A stretch of DNA of 63,154 bases from Neovahlkampfia damariscottae. Taxonomy: Eukaryota. The number at the start of each line of letters is the position of its first letter. The stretch's first letter is position 1. Shown here piece after piece: positions 35,877 to 50,028 of the stretch. The notes under the pieces were generated by a model. It saw only the letters and a list, made by a program, of their open reading frames with translations. It did not search any database and was not told where the DNA came from. The translations under genes and the position numbers were made by a program. The stretch covers positions 1-63,154 of the forward strand of contig JABLTG010000122.1 in assembly GCA_016618085.1 (NCBI GenBank), in the 5' to 3' direction.

Positions 35877-37825
35877 TTCAATTGATGATTGATTAATTGC
35901 AAATAATGACCATTTTTTTCAATCAAATCATCATGTGTCCCTTGTTCAACAATACCACCATTTTCAAGAACTACAATTAAATCTGCATTTCTGACAGTTG
36001 ATAATCTATGAGCAATGATAAAAACAGTTCTATCAATCACAGCTTCTTGAATTGCTTCTTGAACTAAACTTTCAGACTCAGAATCTAAAGCAGATGATGC
36101 TTCATCCAAAATCAAAATTTTTGGATTTTTGATCAATGCTCTTGCAATACTAATTCTTTGCTTTTGACCTCCTGATAATGATTGTCCTTTTTCACCAACT
36201 TGTGTGTCATATTTTGAAGGAAATGTTTGAATGAAATCGTGAGCATTTGCTTTCTTTGATACTTCTTTAATTTCTTCATCTGTGACTTCACGGTTCAATC
36301 CATATTTGATATTTTCTTTGATTGTTCCAGAGAATAAAATAGGTTCTTGGGAAACCACACCAACAACGTTTTCTCTTAAATGATGGATGTTTAAGTCCTT
36401 TAAATTCAAATCATCAATCAAAATTTCACCTTCTGCAGGATCATATAATCTTGTTAATAATGAAGGAATAGTTGATTTGCCAACTCCACTTTGTCCAACA
36501 AAAGCTATTACTTGACCTGGTTCAACTGTAAATGATAAATTTTCAAAAATGGATGATTCTTTTCTTGTTGGATAAGCGAATTTGATGTTTTTAAATTGGA
36601 CTCTTCCTATTGGTTTATCAAGTCTAATTTTACCGGTCATGTCAAATGGGATTTCAGGTTTTCTATCAATAATTTGAAAAATTCTTTCACTTGATCCTAA
36701 TGATTTCATTATATTACCATATGCACTTGTAACTCCAGTAACAGTAGCTCCTACATAAATAGAGTACATTAAGAAGGACGTTAATTCTCCTAAAGTGATA
36801 GCTCCTTGGATATAATCATTTGCACCGAAATTCAATATTGCAATCAAAGATATATTAAATGCTGAAAATGTGGTTGCAAAAAATGCTGCTCTTACAAATT
36901 CAACTTTTTTCCCTATTTTGTAGGATTCTTCAATTAATTTTGAGTAATTATCTATTTCTCTTGTTTCTGCTCCAAAGTTTCTTACTTTACAAATATTTAA
37001 TCAAAAATTATTTTTTCCTACCTGTTCTAAATGAGTTAATTTTTTCATCAGCAACTATGTTGTTTTTGTGAGACCAATAATTTTTTTTTTACCGGAATTT
37101 GCATCAGCCAATGCATCCAAATATTTCTTTTGAAATGACTTAACCTTTGCTGAAACTATTCTCATTATAACTCCAATTACTGGCAATGTCAAAAAACTGA
37201 TGAAAGACAATTTTGGATTTAAATAAAATAAAAAAGCAATTCCAGCAACAGCTATTGAAAATAATTAACCATTTTGATATATAATCAAACCTTCAACTGA
37301 ACTTCTTAAACCAGAAACAACAGTACTTGTTAAAGTTTCTGAAACAATTTGAATATCAGTATTCAATCTTGTATTCAATTCACCAGATTTATTCATATCA
37401 AAAAAAGTACTTTCTTGTTTCATAATTGATGTGAATAACTGTTTTCTTAAACGTGCTGAAACTCTTTGTCCAGCAAGTGAAATAGTATAAAATCTAACAA
37501 ATGAAAAAATTGAACTGAAACCAAATAGACCTGCAAGCAAATATGATAAATTAGTGATTTGTTCTTTTGCTTCATCAGGTGGTAAATTTAATACATCGAC
37601 TAATTGACCAATTTTATAAGGCACAATTAATGTTATTCCAGTTGCAAGTGCCAATCCAACAATACCAATTGAAATTAATTTATAATCATCTTTTATGACT
37701 TCAAGCAGTCTTGAAAATTGAATTTTTTCTGTTTTTGGTTTATTGGTTTGTTTGGAATAGGTTTTTTTGAATTGTGAAAATTTTGAAGTGATTTTGATGT
37801 TGGCTGTTTTGAAGACGCGAAACAT
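35873..37825 (-). CDS. Mitochondrial ABCB10/Mdl1-like half ABC transporter
   Basis: GQSGVGKS, LSGGQKQR, ILDEASSALD and IAHRLST; TM domain; basic presequence-like N-terminus. Confidence 0.9.
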
Positions 37826-37973
37826 TTGATTGGATATCTAAAATGGGTTATTTTTTGCAGTTAAAATGAGACAAAAAACCTGATACTTACTTTACATATG
37901 TCATTTTGGTTTAAAATACTCACCAGAAACGATATTTAAGTTTCTGATCTCCCAAAAATTTTCCACCAACCAA

Positions 37974-39946
37974 ATGCAAGTTGATTTGGAAATAACTTCA
38001 GCATCAGTTGTCACAGAGTTTGGAAAAAAATTCGTTCTCTATGAGTTTGACATTTATGATGGAAAAAAACATCACAAAGGTCACAAACGGTATTCAGGTA
38101 AAAAAAAAAAAAATAAAAAAAAAAAGAACTACTCAGTCTTCATTCTTTCTTAGTCAAACACTCAGGTGAAACAATACCCAAATTTCCACCTAAAGTAAAA
38201 AAAAAAAAAAAAAATTCAAAAATTTCACAGATACTTTTCAAAAACTTCACAGAAGCAACTATTGAAAAAAGAAGATGTCTATTATCATTATATTTCAAAG
38301 TTGTCATAAAAATGAAAGGAAGTCAAAAATATGCAATGGAATATATTCTTTCAAAAAGAGACAATGAACTTTATTGGAATGTGAAAAAAGAGTAAAAGAA
38401 AAAAACCAAAAACTAATTTTTTCAGAGCATCTGAGATTAATCTTTTGCAAAGATTATCAACTCCTGTCACTCCTATTGTTAATCAACAAATAGATTCAGA
38501 AAGTCCAAAAACGGAAATATTGGAAGAAAAACCAAAGAAAGTTGATATTGAATATGGAAATGATGATGAAGATGAATATTCACCACAAGAAAATGTGATT
38601 TCCAAATTAAACTCCGATGGAAACTTCAAAAAAACAAAAACAATTGATAAGGATTTGAATGCTGTTTTCGAAGACTCAATGACTCAAGATGATGAAGATT
38701 TCTTTCATGAAGAAGAAATCAATGCATATGCTTTGGAATTTGATGGAAAAAAATTTCTAGATAACACTGAAGTTTTTATAAAAAATCAAAATGGATATTA
38801 TTTGAATGTCAGAAGTGAAAGCTATTCTACCAAACTGGGTAAACATTCTGAGGGTATTTTCTACATCAGTGGTAAAACTAAAACGATCATTTTTTTTTTT
38901 AACTTTTGATCAGAAAAACATGATGGAATATATCTTGAAAAGAAATCAGCCATTTTGATGATCAAAATTGTTGAAAATTTTCTTGTTCTTCAATTACCAA
39001 ATGACAAATTTGTCACGATCTCTAATGACGGAGAAATTGATGAAAAAGATTCTTTTGATTCCATTGATGCCAGGTATTTATTATTTACTAAATTAATTTC
39101 ATCACTGATAGATTTTCATTAGAAGAAGTGTCTATTTCTTCAGAAAACAAATTAATCAACAATTCCGAAATTTATTTGAAAAACAAAAATGAACAAAAAT
39201 TCATTTTGATAAAACCTTCTGGAGAGTGGGGATTGTCCAAATTTCCACATTCTTATGGATGTTTTAAAGTTCAAGTTAATCATGATTATGTTAATTTAAC
39301 TAATCCATTGAATTTTACTTTGACATTATCTGGCAGAACCAATGACTTGTTAATTGATTATGTAGAAAAAAATGAAATCATAATTTACGAAGAAATCTCA
39401 AATAATTTTCTTTCTATTGAAGATAAGGATGTTATTTCCATATCAAATGATGATTCTTCACCTTCTATTATTTTTCAAATTTTAGACAACAACAAAATTA
39501 AAAATCAATACTATTTCAGAAATGGAGTTATTGTGTATTTGAATTGTGATGGATATGCAGGTTCATATTTATCTGTCAACACAAAATCAGAAATTGATGT
39601 TTGCAGTGCAATGAAAGCATCAAAATTTATCATCAATCGTAAGTCATTGAAAAAATGATTTTTTAATAATGATCCAACAGAAAATGAAGATGATCTTTTT
39701 ACGTTTAGAGATTTGACTGGTGAATTTCTTGATTCTCATTTAACTGTCCAATCACAAATGTTCAAAGTAGAACTTTATACAAACTTTGCAGATGATCAAA
39801 TAGAAATATATCAACAATTAGAAGACAAGAAATTGATTTTATCTGTAAAAGACGGAAAAGAAGTTTTATTTTTGGAACAAGAAGAATTAGACAAATCAGA
39901 GAAACTTTGTTCCAAGTTTAATGTATTGATGACACCAAAAATTTAG
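37974..39946 (+). CDS. PX-domain protein with C-terminal beta-trefoil (fascin-like) repeats; multi-exon
   Basis: FVLYEF...KRYS, P.FPPK and IEKRR; downstream IKNQNGYYL-type repeats. Confidence 0.65.
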
Positions 39947-39978
39947 AAGCGACTTTTAAATGAAGAAAAATGTTTTAT

Positions 39979-40890
39979 TTATAACTTTATTCTTTTGTTT
40001 GATACAAAAAAATCATTGGATGATAGGGATCTTTTGAATTTATTTTGATATTGATTGATTTCATTACGAATTGAATGATCAGAAATAATATCATCAAGGA
40101 ATAATTTTTTATTGCATGATGGACATTTGAACTTTGTTATGTTGACTATGGTTTCTGTGACGCACTCATCACAAAAATTGGAAGAACAACAATCAACTTT
40201 TACTGATGATTTCATCACTTTTTGACATAATTTACACTTAAATTTCTCTGGAATATCTTCTTTAGAACTTGAGCTTTGAACTTGTTTTTTGGTATTCTCT
40301 TTCTCTTTGTTGGTGAATTTAGATTGTTGAGATTTTGGGATTCCTGTGAATTTCTTTTCAACTTTTTTATCAAATTTTTTATCGAAATTAGTGGGACATC
40401 TGTTGATATAATGACCTCTACAGCCACAACGATGACAAATATAATCTGGAGGAGGAATTGAACTACCATTTTGATAGATAGATTTTTCCAAGTGGAGCTT
40501 TGGTAAAATGGAACTTGTTTGGATTAAATTGGAAATTCTATCATCTTCTGATATTTTTAAAGAACCTTTTGTGACTACGGTATTCAAATTTGAAACATGA
40601 ATTACATCAGAATTCTGTGGTATTTCTTGAATAATTTTCAAATTCGGAAATGAAAGTGGAACTCTTTTGACTAGGACAGAGGAGTTCTTAGGAATATTTT
40701 TATCATTAAATTCTTCTTTAGTTTGAAAATTTTGAAAAATAAATTCAAAATCAATTTTTTTATTTGAATCCAGTTTTTTTTGTTTCATTATTTCTCTTTT
40801 CAAGATGGAAGGATGAATATGATCACCTTGGAAGTGAACTGAATCAAAATTTTGAGAACTGGCAAATTTGTAAAACACTTGACCACTCAT
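39979..40890 (-). CDS. RBBP6/Mpe1-like protein (DWNN, zinc knuckle, RING)
   Basis: VFYKF.S, IPKNSSVLVKRVP, PPPDYICHRCG..GHYI..CP and C..C...CC...FCDEC...CPSC. Confidence 0.9.
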   Translation of the reverse strand: MSGQVFYKFASSQNFDSVHFQGDHIHPSILKREIMKQKKLDSNKKIDFEFIFQNFQTKEEFNDKNIPKNSSVLVKRVPLSFPNLKIIQEIPQNSDVIHVSNLNTVVTKGSLKISEDDRISNLIQTSSILPKLHLEKSIYQNGSSIPPPDYICHRCGCRGHYINRCPTNFDKKFDKKVEKKFTGIPKSQQSKFTNKEKENTKKQVQSSSSKEDIPEKFKCKLCQKVMKSSVKVDCCSSNFCDECVTETIVNITKFKCPSCNKKLFLDDIISDHSIRNEINQYQNKFKRSLSSNDFFVSNKRIKL

Positions 40891-40993
40891 GGTTTGTTTG
40901 TTTAAAGAATTTGAAGAAAAAAAGAAAATGATTGGTCTCTATTTATAACTTTAGGTGAAGGTTCAAATTGAAGTTCAAATTTTATTTTCGAGC

Positions 40994-41487
40994 TTAAATG
41001 TCAATTCCATATTTGATCATGATTGGAATTGAGATATCTTCTTCGTCGTTTAAATGTTTCATCATATGATCTGAGAATTTCTTCCATTTTGCAGGAATTT
41101 CTTCGAATTTATTTTGGTCTGAGTATAATTTGGTCAATTCATCCATCATTTTATTCATATCATCATGGTCTGTATACAAAGATTGAACAATACACGCGTT
41201 TTCTATTTTTTAGTATTATTTGGCTTACCACCGTTGTTTTTCATTTGTTCAGCTAAACTTGGAAACATAATATGTTCTTCTATTGAGTGGTGATTATGAA
41301 GGTAGTATTTTAAATTGTAATATTCACGTCCTGCTTGTACATATTTTTTTTCTTCCAAAAGTTGTGCAATTGTAACAAACGCTTGTCTGAATGAGTTATG
41401 TATTCTAACTAAAAAACTTGCACGACTACTATGGTACTTTGGATGTGTGCTCCAGTTGTCTCTGTTAATTGTTTGTTTTTCGGACAT
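40994..41487 (-). CDS. Hemerythrin/HHE cation-binding protein (26-nt intron 41203-41228)
   Basis: H...R, HH..EE...FP, DH and HLNDEE. Confidence 0.8.
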
Positions 41488-41627
41488 TTGTCAAAAGCCT
41501 CCAATGAAATGACAGGAAAACTCCGAGAATTTAAAGCTGAGAAAACATTAATTGCTTCACCTTTTTTGAATATAAAGAACATATTTAAGTTTTTCATTTT
41601 CAACCAATAATTGAATTTCAAACTTCA

Positions 41628-42621
41628 ATGGAAATCATCTGCACAATGTAAGTGAACCAAAAAAAATTCTGAATTTTTGAAGATGTAAAAAGCAATACAC
41701 TAAATATACCTGTCCTAAATGTAACATAAAATACTGCTCTCTCCATTGTTACAAATCACATTCAAACGAATGCACAGAAACTTTTTATGTGGAACGAGTT
41801 TTGGAGAATGTCAATTTAAAAGATACTCCTGAGTCTTTCAAAACAGAGTCAATGGAAATGTTAAAAAAAATTGATTTGGAAAAGTTCTCAAAGGTTGAAA
41901 TGTCTGATGATCTACTTGATAAACTTGAAAAATTAAATTTGGAAAATGATGTTAATTTTAAAGATTTACCAGAAGATATAAAGAATGATTTTATGAATTC
42001 TCTGAAAGATGGTAGAATATCTACTTGGATTACCACTTGGGAACCATTTTGGATAAAAAAAAATTTTGTGATTGAAGATTTCAAGTTACCTGCAATTGAT
42101 TCATTGACAAAAGCAAATTTATCTGAAAATTTGATGTATAACTTAATTGATTTGATGTAAGAATTCTTTATTTTTGAACTTTTACCAGATATTCATTTGC
42201 ATATACAATGAGAATTTTCAATGGAGAAATTGTCACTGACTCATGTGTAGATATGTCTAATATGATACTAAAAATTAGTAAATTATTATCTGAAAATTTC
42301 AATCATTTATCAGAAGAATCTGCAATTTCACTTTTGTTGGAAAATTCATTTAACAAAGAAATTTTTGAATCGAAACAGTTTTCAATACTCATTATTAAAG
42401 ATGTTTCGATGATATTTGAATCCAAAAGTTATATAATTAAATCTTTACAAAATCTAGAAGATATATTTAGAATGTCATCAAAAATGATCAAAGAGAAAGA
42501 TTGGAAAATGAAGTTAAAGTTGTGTGAAAAAAAAATCTATTTTTACAAAATTTGGGTCAATTCCAAAATCAAATTTCCATCATCAGAAATTGATAATATC
42601 CATCAACAATATGAAGAATAA
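41628..42621 (+). CDS. Zinc finger HIT protein (ZNHIT2-like)
   Basis: C..|C...KYTCPKCNIKYCSLHCYKSH..CTETFY and W.PFW. Confidence 0.8.
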
Positions 42622-42675
42622 ATTATGATTCAATTATCATCAACAAACCAATCAAATTTCATCTTGTTTCAAAAC

Positions 42676-44568
42676 ATGTCCAAAACAACACAAGAACCAG
42701 AAGAAGACTTTTATGCAGAAGAACAATTGACTTCAACTCCAAGTTTAACAAAAAAATCAGTTTTTGATGATTTATCATTCGAAGAAATTGTTGAAAACTG
42801 TAAAAAAGAAAAAAAGAAATTTATTGACCCAAATTTTCCACCAAATGATTCATCCATTTTTGTCAATGAAAAAACAAAAAAAGAAGATAAAAATTTGCAT
42901 GATGTCAAACCTGTATGGTGTAGGCCTCCAAAAGATCATGTTTTTTGGAGTGGAAATTTTGAAGTCTCAGATCTCAAACAAGGTATCAAAAAAAAAAAAA
43001 AATTCTGACATAGGTATTTAGGTGGTGTAGGTGATTGCTATTTACTTTCTGCTTTAAATATTATCTCACAAAAAATACACTTGATTCAAAATTTATTTGT
43101 TAATTCAAATGCTGAATACGGTGTTTATTCTTTTCGATTTTATAAAAACGGTTGGAAAGAAATAATTATTGATGATTTAATACCGTGTCATGAAAAAACT
43201 TTAGTTCCAATTTTTACACAAAGCAAGTCCAATGAGTATTGGTTCATTCTTCTTGAAAAAGCTTATGCAAAATTTCATGGAACTTATCAAAATTTGGACA
43301 TGGGACATACAACAGATGCTTTTTTTGACTTAACAGGAGGTATTGCATCAACTTATTTTTCTATGGATTTCACACTTGACTCATTATGGGATCTTTTAAA
43401 AAATAATCACCAATCTGATACATTGATGGCTGCTTCATCCAATGTCTTTGAAGAAGGTACTAATACGCAAGGTATTTTATCACAACATGCGTATACTGTC
43501 CTACAAGTTCATGATGATGATCATTCGAAATTAATCAAGTTAAGAAATCCACATGGAACTTCAACATGGACTGGAAAATGGCATAATAAAGATCAAATCT
43601 CATGGACATCAGAATTAAAGGATAAATTGAAGTTAAATGATGAAAGTTTTGATGGAACTTTTTGGATGGATGTGATTGACTTTAAAGAATACTTTAAAGC
43701 ATTTTCACTTTGTAAATTGATTCCAGAAAATTATGAAAGAATTTCATTGAAAGGAAAATGGGAAAAATCAAAAACAACTGAATATAATTATAAATCATTT
43801 GATTTAAGCTCAGAAGGAAAAACAAAATTATTTATCACTTTTCATCAACCTGATAAACGTTTAACACAAACCAAGTACAAAAATGTTAAAATTTGGGTTT
43901 CTCCAGCGAAAGAAAATCATTTATTTCAATCACTTCCAATCATCTTTGGACCAACATTTCACATTGCAACTCGTGATTTTTCAATTGAAGTTGACTTGGA
44001 TGTGTCTATAAAACATTATAAAATTTACATCATGTCTTTAGAAAATGAAACAGAAAGATACACACTCAGATGTGCATCAAATAATAGAGTACATGTTAAA
44101 GAATCAAAAGAGATGAAAGTTGTTGAAAAAACTTCGACAGGGGTTTGGAAATATCCTTATTATGGTGGTTGTCAAAATTATTTTACATTTGCTGAAAATC
44201 CAACTGCAATTTTGAAAGTGAAGAAAAATTTGAAATTTATGGTGTTGTTAAAATCTAAAAACCCAGAGACTCTTGTTGGTATTGGTTTTAATTCTCATAA
44301 AACTGGTGTTGTTTTGAACACAATGTATGAAAAACAATTTGATTCGTTTATTCAAGAATTTGAACCAGGTATTGTTGAATTCCTTTTTTCAACATTTAAA
44401 CCTGGTGTTAATGATAAATATAAAGTAACTATTGTGACAGATTCACCTTATGAAATTGAAGACTTAACTTTTGATAAACTACGTTATCACAGATATTTCT
44501 ATTTTGGTGCTTTGAGTGTCGCTTTTGGATCAATTGTCTATGAATTAAGAAAATATATAAAATCTTAA
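42676..44568 (+). CDS. Calpain-like cysteine protease with C-terminal TM segment
   Basis: FIDPNFPP, Q|GGVGDCY, LLEKAYAK, HAY and RNPHG give the catalytic triad. Confidence 0.9.
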
Positions 44569-44749
44569 ATTTTTTGAAATTTCTTTCATTTTGATTGCTC
44601 CAAAATCGTACTAATTAATTACAACATTCATCAAGGTTTTTGATTGGTTTTAAAAAAAATCAGAAAAATAAAAGTTAATTTCTTTCAAATTATCAGCTTT
44701 TAGATGAAGAGAAAAATTGTAATTCAAACAATTGGATAATTTTTATCCA

Positions 44750-45559
44750 ATGACAAACATCCAGCATACTTCAGAGGAAAAAAGAAGAAAAATGGATGCA
44801 AATGAACTTGACCAAGAATCAGAAATGCCAAGAATTGACACAAGAAAACCTCTTCCGATAAGACCTACACAAAATAACTTCAACACTTTTCCTGTTCAAA
44901 CAAATTACCCTACGATCTCACTTGGAAAATACTTGAATTTTCCGTTACCACCAAAATTTGAACCTTTACATGTCCAAAAAATAGAGAAACCACATCCAAA
45001 AAACCCAGTTGTCCTCAGAAAATTCACAAGTACACAACGAAATGCAAAAAATTTCCGGAAACTTAAACCAACAAGATGCTCAAATAAAGAATGCTCGCAG
45101 TATTGGAACTTAAGTGAAGCTGAAAAAAACACTTTTTTGGCTGCTCCTGATACCAACGGAATTGGATGTATAAAATGTAAATCTCATGCAAGGTTCTTTG
45201 CAGGAGAAAAAGATGGTGAAGAACTTTGGCGTTGTCGCTCTTGGTTCAATGACAATAAAGAAGATGAACAAAAAACATCAGCAAGACAAGAAAAATCTTT
45301 AAAACCTATTGTATCAAAAGAAAATGAATTTCATTTTTCATCATTTCAGCTCCAACCTAATGTGGTGAATCAAAAAGCTGAAATAAAAAGTGTAGTGGAG
45401 GAAACCCAAGGAATGGAAAATAAACAAGATTGCTTTAATGTACCAGATTATGATGAGTCATTTGATGAACTAGTCAAACAAGAGTTGGAACTCTTAAAGA
45501 AATTGCAAGAAGTGAGAGAAAAGAAAAGAAAAATCGAAGACCAAATCTATATTAAATAG
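44750..45559 (+). CDS. Hypothetical protein with a Cys cluster and C-terminal coiled coil
   Basis: CSNKEC...CIKC...WRC; long ORF. Confidence 0.5.
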   Translation: MTNIQHTSEEKRRKMDANELDQESEMPRIDTRKPLPIRPTQNNFNTFPVQTNYPTISLGKYLNFPLPPKFEPLHVQKIEKPHPKNPVVLRKFTSTQRNAKNFRKLKPTRCSNKECSQYWNLSEAEKNTFLAAPDTNGIGCIKCKSHARFFAGEKDGEELWRCRSWFNDNKEDEQKTSARQEKSLKPIVSKENEFHFSSFQLQPNVVNQKAEIKSVVEETQGMENKQDCFNVPDYDESFDELVKQELELLKKLQEVREKKRKIEDQIYIK

Positions 45560-46077
45560 TTAATAAACTATTTCTTTGTTCTTCTCCAGAAAGATTTGTT
45601 TGATCCAAACAACCAATAAGAATGCACTCAACATCCAAAAGACCTAATTTCAAAGAAAATCAACTTTAAATTAAGGAATTTCATTTCTCAAAGCAGCAAA
45701 TAAATGATTATTAATTTTCAAACGAACGATCATTGGTCAATTTCAGAGTTGTTTGTAGCGACATCAAGACTCATCAAATATCCTACTATCATTCAATTCT
45801 TCTGGATTGTTTCCAATACACTCTAATAGTTCTGTAGTGAAATATCTAGAAGACCAAATCATCATGACATTTCAGTGGAAAAAAAAATAGATTTCATCCA
45901 ATGCAATTTCATCATCACATGAAGGAAAAAATGAAACCAAATAGAGACATTCGGTAATTAAGTAGGAAATGACCAAAGAAGAAGTTTCTCCAAAAAAAAA
46001 AAAAATAAAAAAATTCAAAAAAAAAAATTATTTGCTTTGCAGAAATTTTCAAAGGAGCCAAAAAAAAAAATAAATTT

Positions 46078-46456
46078 TTATTTTTCATCTTCTTGTTGTT
46101 TTAAATATTCATTATATTCATCGTCACCTGAAACAGGAGTCTCTTGTGACGAACTGAATAAACGAAATTTTTTTTTCTGCTTGTAAGATGGATTTTTTTC
46201 TAAAATTGCGTTTTTTCTTTCCTCCTCTTCTTCTGGAAGTACAGACATTCTCATATCATCTAAATCCTCGTATAAAATTTGAGATAAATTTTTTTTCATT
46301 CTCTCTTCCTATTTTCATCAAAACAAAATCAGTTAATGAATGTTTTACTTTATTTTCTTTATTTACATTTTGTTTCACATCTTGTTCTGACATTGGCAGT
46401 TGTTCACAATTTATGAAAACTTGTTTTGAAATGAGTATCCAATCAAAAACCTTCAT
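46078..46456 (-). CDS. Small hypothetical protein (two overlapping ORF pieces)
   Basis: Overlapping ORFs joined across an A-run. Confidence 0.3.
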
Positions 46457-46538
46457 TGGCTAATATTGAAAAAAAAATGAAGCGCACAATTCAAGAGAAG
46501 AAAAAAATTGTCTTGAAGATGTTGAATTTATTTACAAT

Positions 46539-48013
46539 TTAAATTTCTTTACTACATTTAAAATTGAATTTTATATCTGAACATACACCATCATTTTTGA
46601 AATTATTAACAAAAGGAAAGAATTTTCTTCTGTTTCTGCAATCATTACGATATTTATAAATTGAATAAATTTCTTGATCTCTTACACCATCAACAAAAAC
46701 AGTAACTGTACAATTCAACTTCATTGCACGTTTCAAATCATACTCATCTTCAATACCCCATTCTCTAACGGATCTTTTGATGTCAATAAATTCCAAGGTC
46801 GAATTTAATATGATCAATTTAAAAAGAGCTTTTAGAGATTTTTCTCCAAAGCGATTGACTAGTATTGTTAAAAATATAATGAAAATTACATCCAATGTTC
46901 AAAATTTTAAGAGCTTCGTTTTCCCTTAAGGAATTGAATATTTGATTGCAATTGAAAAGTCCACATTCTACAAAAAGAATTTCAAAAATATTTCTTGACT
47001 TTACGGTATAAATCTAATTCTTCAAGAGTATCATTTTCTCTTAAAATATCGAGAAATATGTCATTGGCTGTTTCAACATCTCCATTTCCTGTTGATTATT
47101 TGTTAATATTTCAATGATGATGTTGTACCTGATAAAATCAATTTTTTGATAGTTTTGTTATCATATAGACCTTCTGAAATGTGTTTAAACCCTTCACCAT
47201 CAATAGAATTATCTTTGGAAAAAAGATGAGAATTGAAGAAAAAAAAACTTGAAAGATACAATTCTAACAAATTTGGATGTTTTGAAATAACTTTTGATAA
47301 ATGAGCACATGAACTAGGTTTCAAGTTATTCGATTCACATTTTAAAACTCTCAAACTTTGATTTTCACATAATCCTTCGAATAAATACTGATAATCATTT
47401 TCGGATAAATTTGAATATACATCCATTCCATTGATATTCAATTCTCTCAAGGTTTGATTATTTCTTAGGATATTTGATAAACATGTACAGCATTTTGTAT
47501 CAAAGTTATTATATTCAAAAGTCAATGTTTGTAAATTCTGAAGTTTGAAAATTCCATCGACCAATAAATGAATCGAGCTCTCTTTTTTTTTGACATCTGA
47601 GATTTAAACACTTTTTTTTATTACTTTTTAGAACTAGTTCTTGAAGTGATGTATTCTCTCTGAAGCCATCAGATACACGTTTATAACTGTCAACTAAAAT
47701 ATCGTCTGTTGTAAAGTTAGAAAAAAATTTGAACTTGAAAATTTACTAAGTATCACTAATTTTTTTATTTTATTCTTTTGCAATGCTTTTTTGATGAAAT
47801 CTGAATTTTCCACATCAAAATCCAAATCATGAGTTTCTAATTAGTTTTAATCATTTTTTAGGCTGTTTTACTGAACAAATTAAAGGAAGAACTTCCTTCT
47901 TCTAACCTGTTTCTTTGATCTAAAATTCTATTCAGAATTTTTTCTTCTTCAGCTTCAATTGTAAAGTTATTGCCCATTGATTGGTTAATTTTCGCAGGTC
48001 CATTTCTGGACAT
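46539..48013 (-). CDS. RNI-like LRR protein, multi-exon
   Basis: NQTLRELNI, NQSLRVLKCESNNL and NKTIKKLIL repeats; ends CSDIKFNFKCSKEI. Confidence 0.7.
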
Positions 48014-48059
48014 CTTAAAGTGGAAAGTGGAATCACCAAGAAAATGAATTTTATTCTTT

Positions 48060-49853
48060 TTAATAACCACCTTGATTTCCAAATAATTCTTCAATTTTTT
48101 TGTTATTTGGATTTACAGGTCCAAAGATTCTTGGATCAATTTTCATTAAATTTTCCCAAATCACTTTGGACATCAATTGATGACCTTTTTGACTTGGATG
48201 AATACCATCGAACTGTTATTGGATTTTAATTCAAATTGAATTGTTCTTACAGGTTCAAATAAATCTTTGAATTGGAATCCTTCTTTTTTGGCTTCTTTGA
48301 GCATTTCTTCGATTGGATATGGTTGATAAATCATTTTGAAGTTTTCAAATTTTCTTTCTTTGATTATCTTTAGGATAGAATTTAATTGGACTAAAAATTC
48401 CACTTACTCTATGATATTGAGCATTTAATTCTTGAGCTCTTCTTGATCCGTGATTTCTCCACTGCTCATCTTTATTTAACCACAACCAACAAGGGTTTAC
48501 TCCAATACATGTCAAATAATTCCACACCTTTTCATAGGAAACATCAAAAGGATGTTTTTCATTTCTCATTTGATTCCAGAACATTCTTCCATCAAAAACA
48601 CCCATAAAGATAACATGTGATCCTTTAGGTAATTTATCTTCTAATACTTTCAATGATTTCAAAACATTTTCATAAAAATCTTGTGGAGTAGTTCCTCTTC
48701 CATTTGGGTTTGGAGTGCATATGTCATTGGCTACTGGGGCAAAAAATACAATCGCTGGATGATCAAATTCTTTGTTTCTTTCGAATGTTTTTGTTATTTT
48801 TGAAGCTAAACTTCCAGTTCTTGCACCATTGACACATATATTTTGATAATCACGATGATTACATCTATTACGTTCTTTTAATCTCATGTAAATAGAATTG
48901 ACGACCCCAGGTGTATCTCCAGCTATTTATAGTAAAAAATACTTTTATAAAATATCTTACTGTCATCTTGTTTAAAACCTGTTGCCCAAGAAAGTTGAGG
49001 AAAATCTAATTCTCTTTCTAACAAACCATATAAATTATTAAAGACCTTTGGATAATTTGACACATTAAAATATTGTTCAGGTATTCTAAAATGAGCACAT
49101 GCACTGTCACCAATTGATACAATTCCCATTTGTTGACTATTTTCACATAATTCCATTTTTCTGATGAAACCATTTTCATTTTTTCCTTTAATTCCATTAC
49201 AATTATAATCAATTTGTGACATATTTTCAGCTGTTATCTTTCTTCCTGGATAAATATTTTTATTGCCATCATCACAGTCTTTTCCTCTCCAAGCTGTTCC
49301 TCTTAAACCATACATAACTGAAAAGTTGTCTTCATCTTTATCTTTGTATGGTATATGTGATTCAAAAACTTCTACAATTCTTTCAAGCCCTAAAAATTTT
49401 AATATTTTCATCCACCAAGGTTCTAAGGTCAATTTCAAAGTTTCCAAGAATACAATGTGATCTTTTGATGTTTCAGTTTCTTTTTTAATTAAACTAGGTG
49501 TGAATATATTGCACTTTTGATCTTTACATATTCTGATGGCACGACAAACTCTTGTATTTTTTTTTTAATTTTTTTTTGTTTTACTTGTCTGGGGTTGCAC
49601 CTGCTTCAAATTCACGAATAATAATGGATGCAAATCCTGCCATGAATAATTTACAAGGTATTTGTAATTCATTTGGAACTAAACGACAAACAGCTTCAAC
49701 AGCTTTTCTAATGTTTCCTTCTTTTCTTGCTAAGTCTTGAAGAAGTTTCATTCCAACTGTACAAGCAATACAACCTGAACCACCAGTTTGTTGTTTTCTT
49801 CCATCAACAAAAACCAAAAAAAAAATCAAAAACAAAACTGTCAACGTTTTCAT
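48060..49853 (-). CDS. AOAH: Acyloxyacyl hydrolase-like (saposin B + SGNH lipase)
   Basis: Signal peptide, saposin Cys pattern, LRGTAWRGKDCDD, DYNCNGI, GDSACAHFRIP, RNRCNHRDYQNI.VNGAR and terminal FGNQGGY. Confidence 0.85.
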
Positions 49854-50028
49854 TTTCTCTGTTTGGCCAATCAATTGATGATTGACAGAAATTGTTGAGT
49901 TTTTGGTAGAATTGGACTTATTGATTTTTATGTGAAAGAATCCAATACTTATAAGAGGTTCTTCATCAAATAATATCCCAAAATTTGAAGAGATAAAAAT
50001 AATAATCTTGCCATTTTAAAGTTAACTT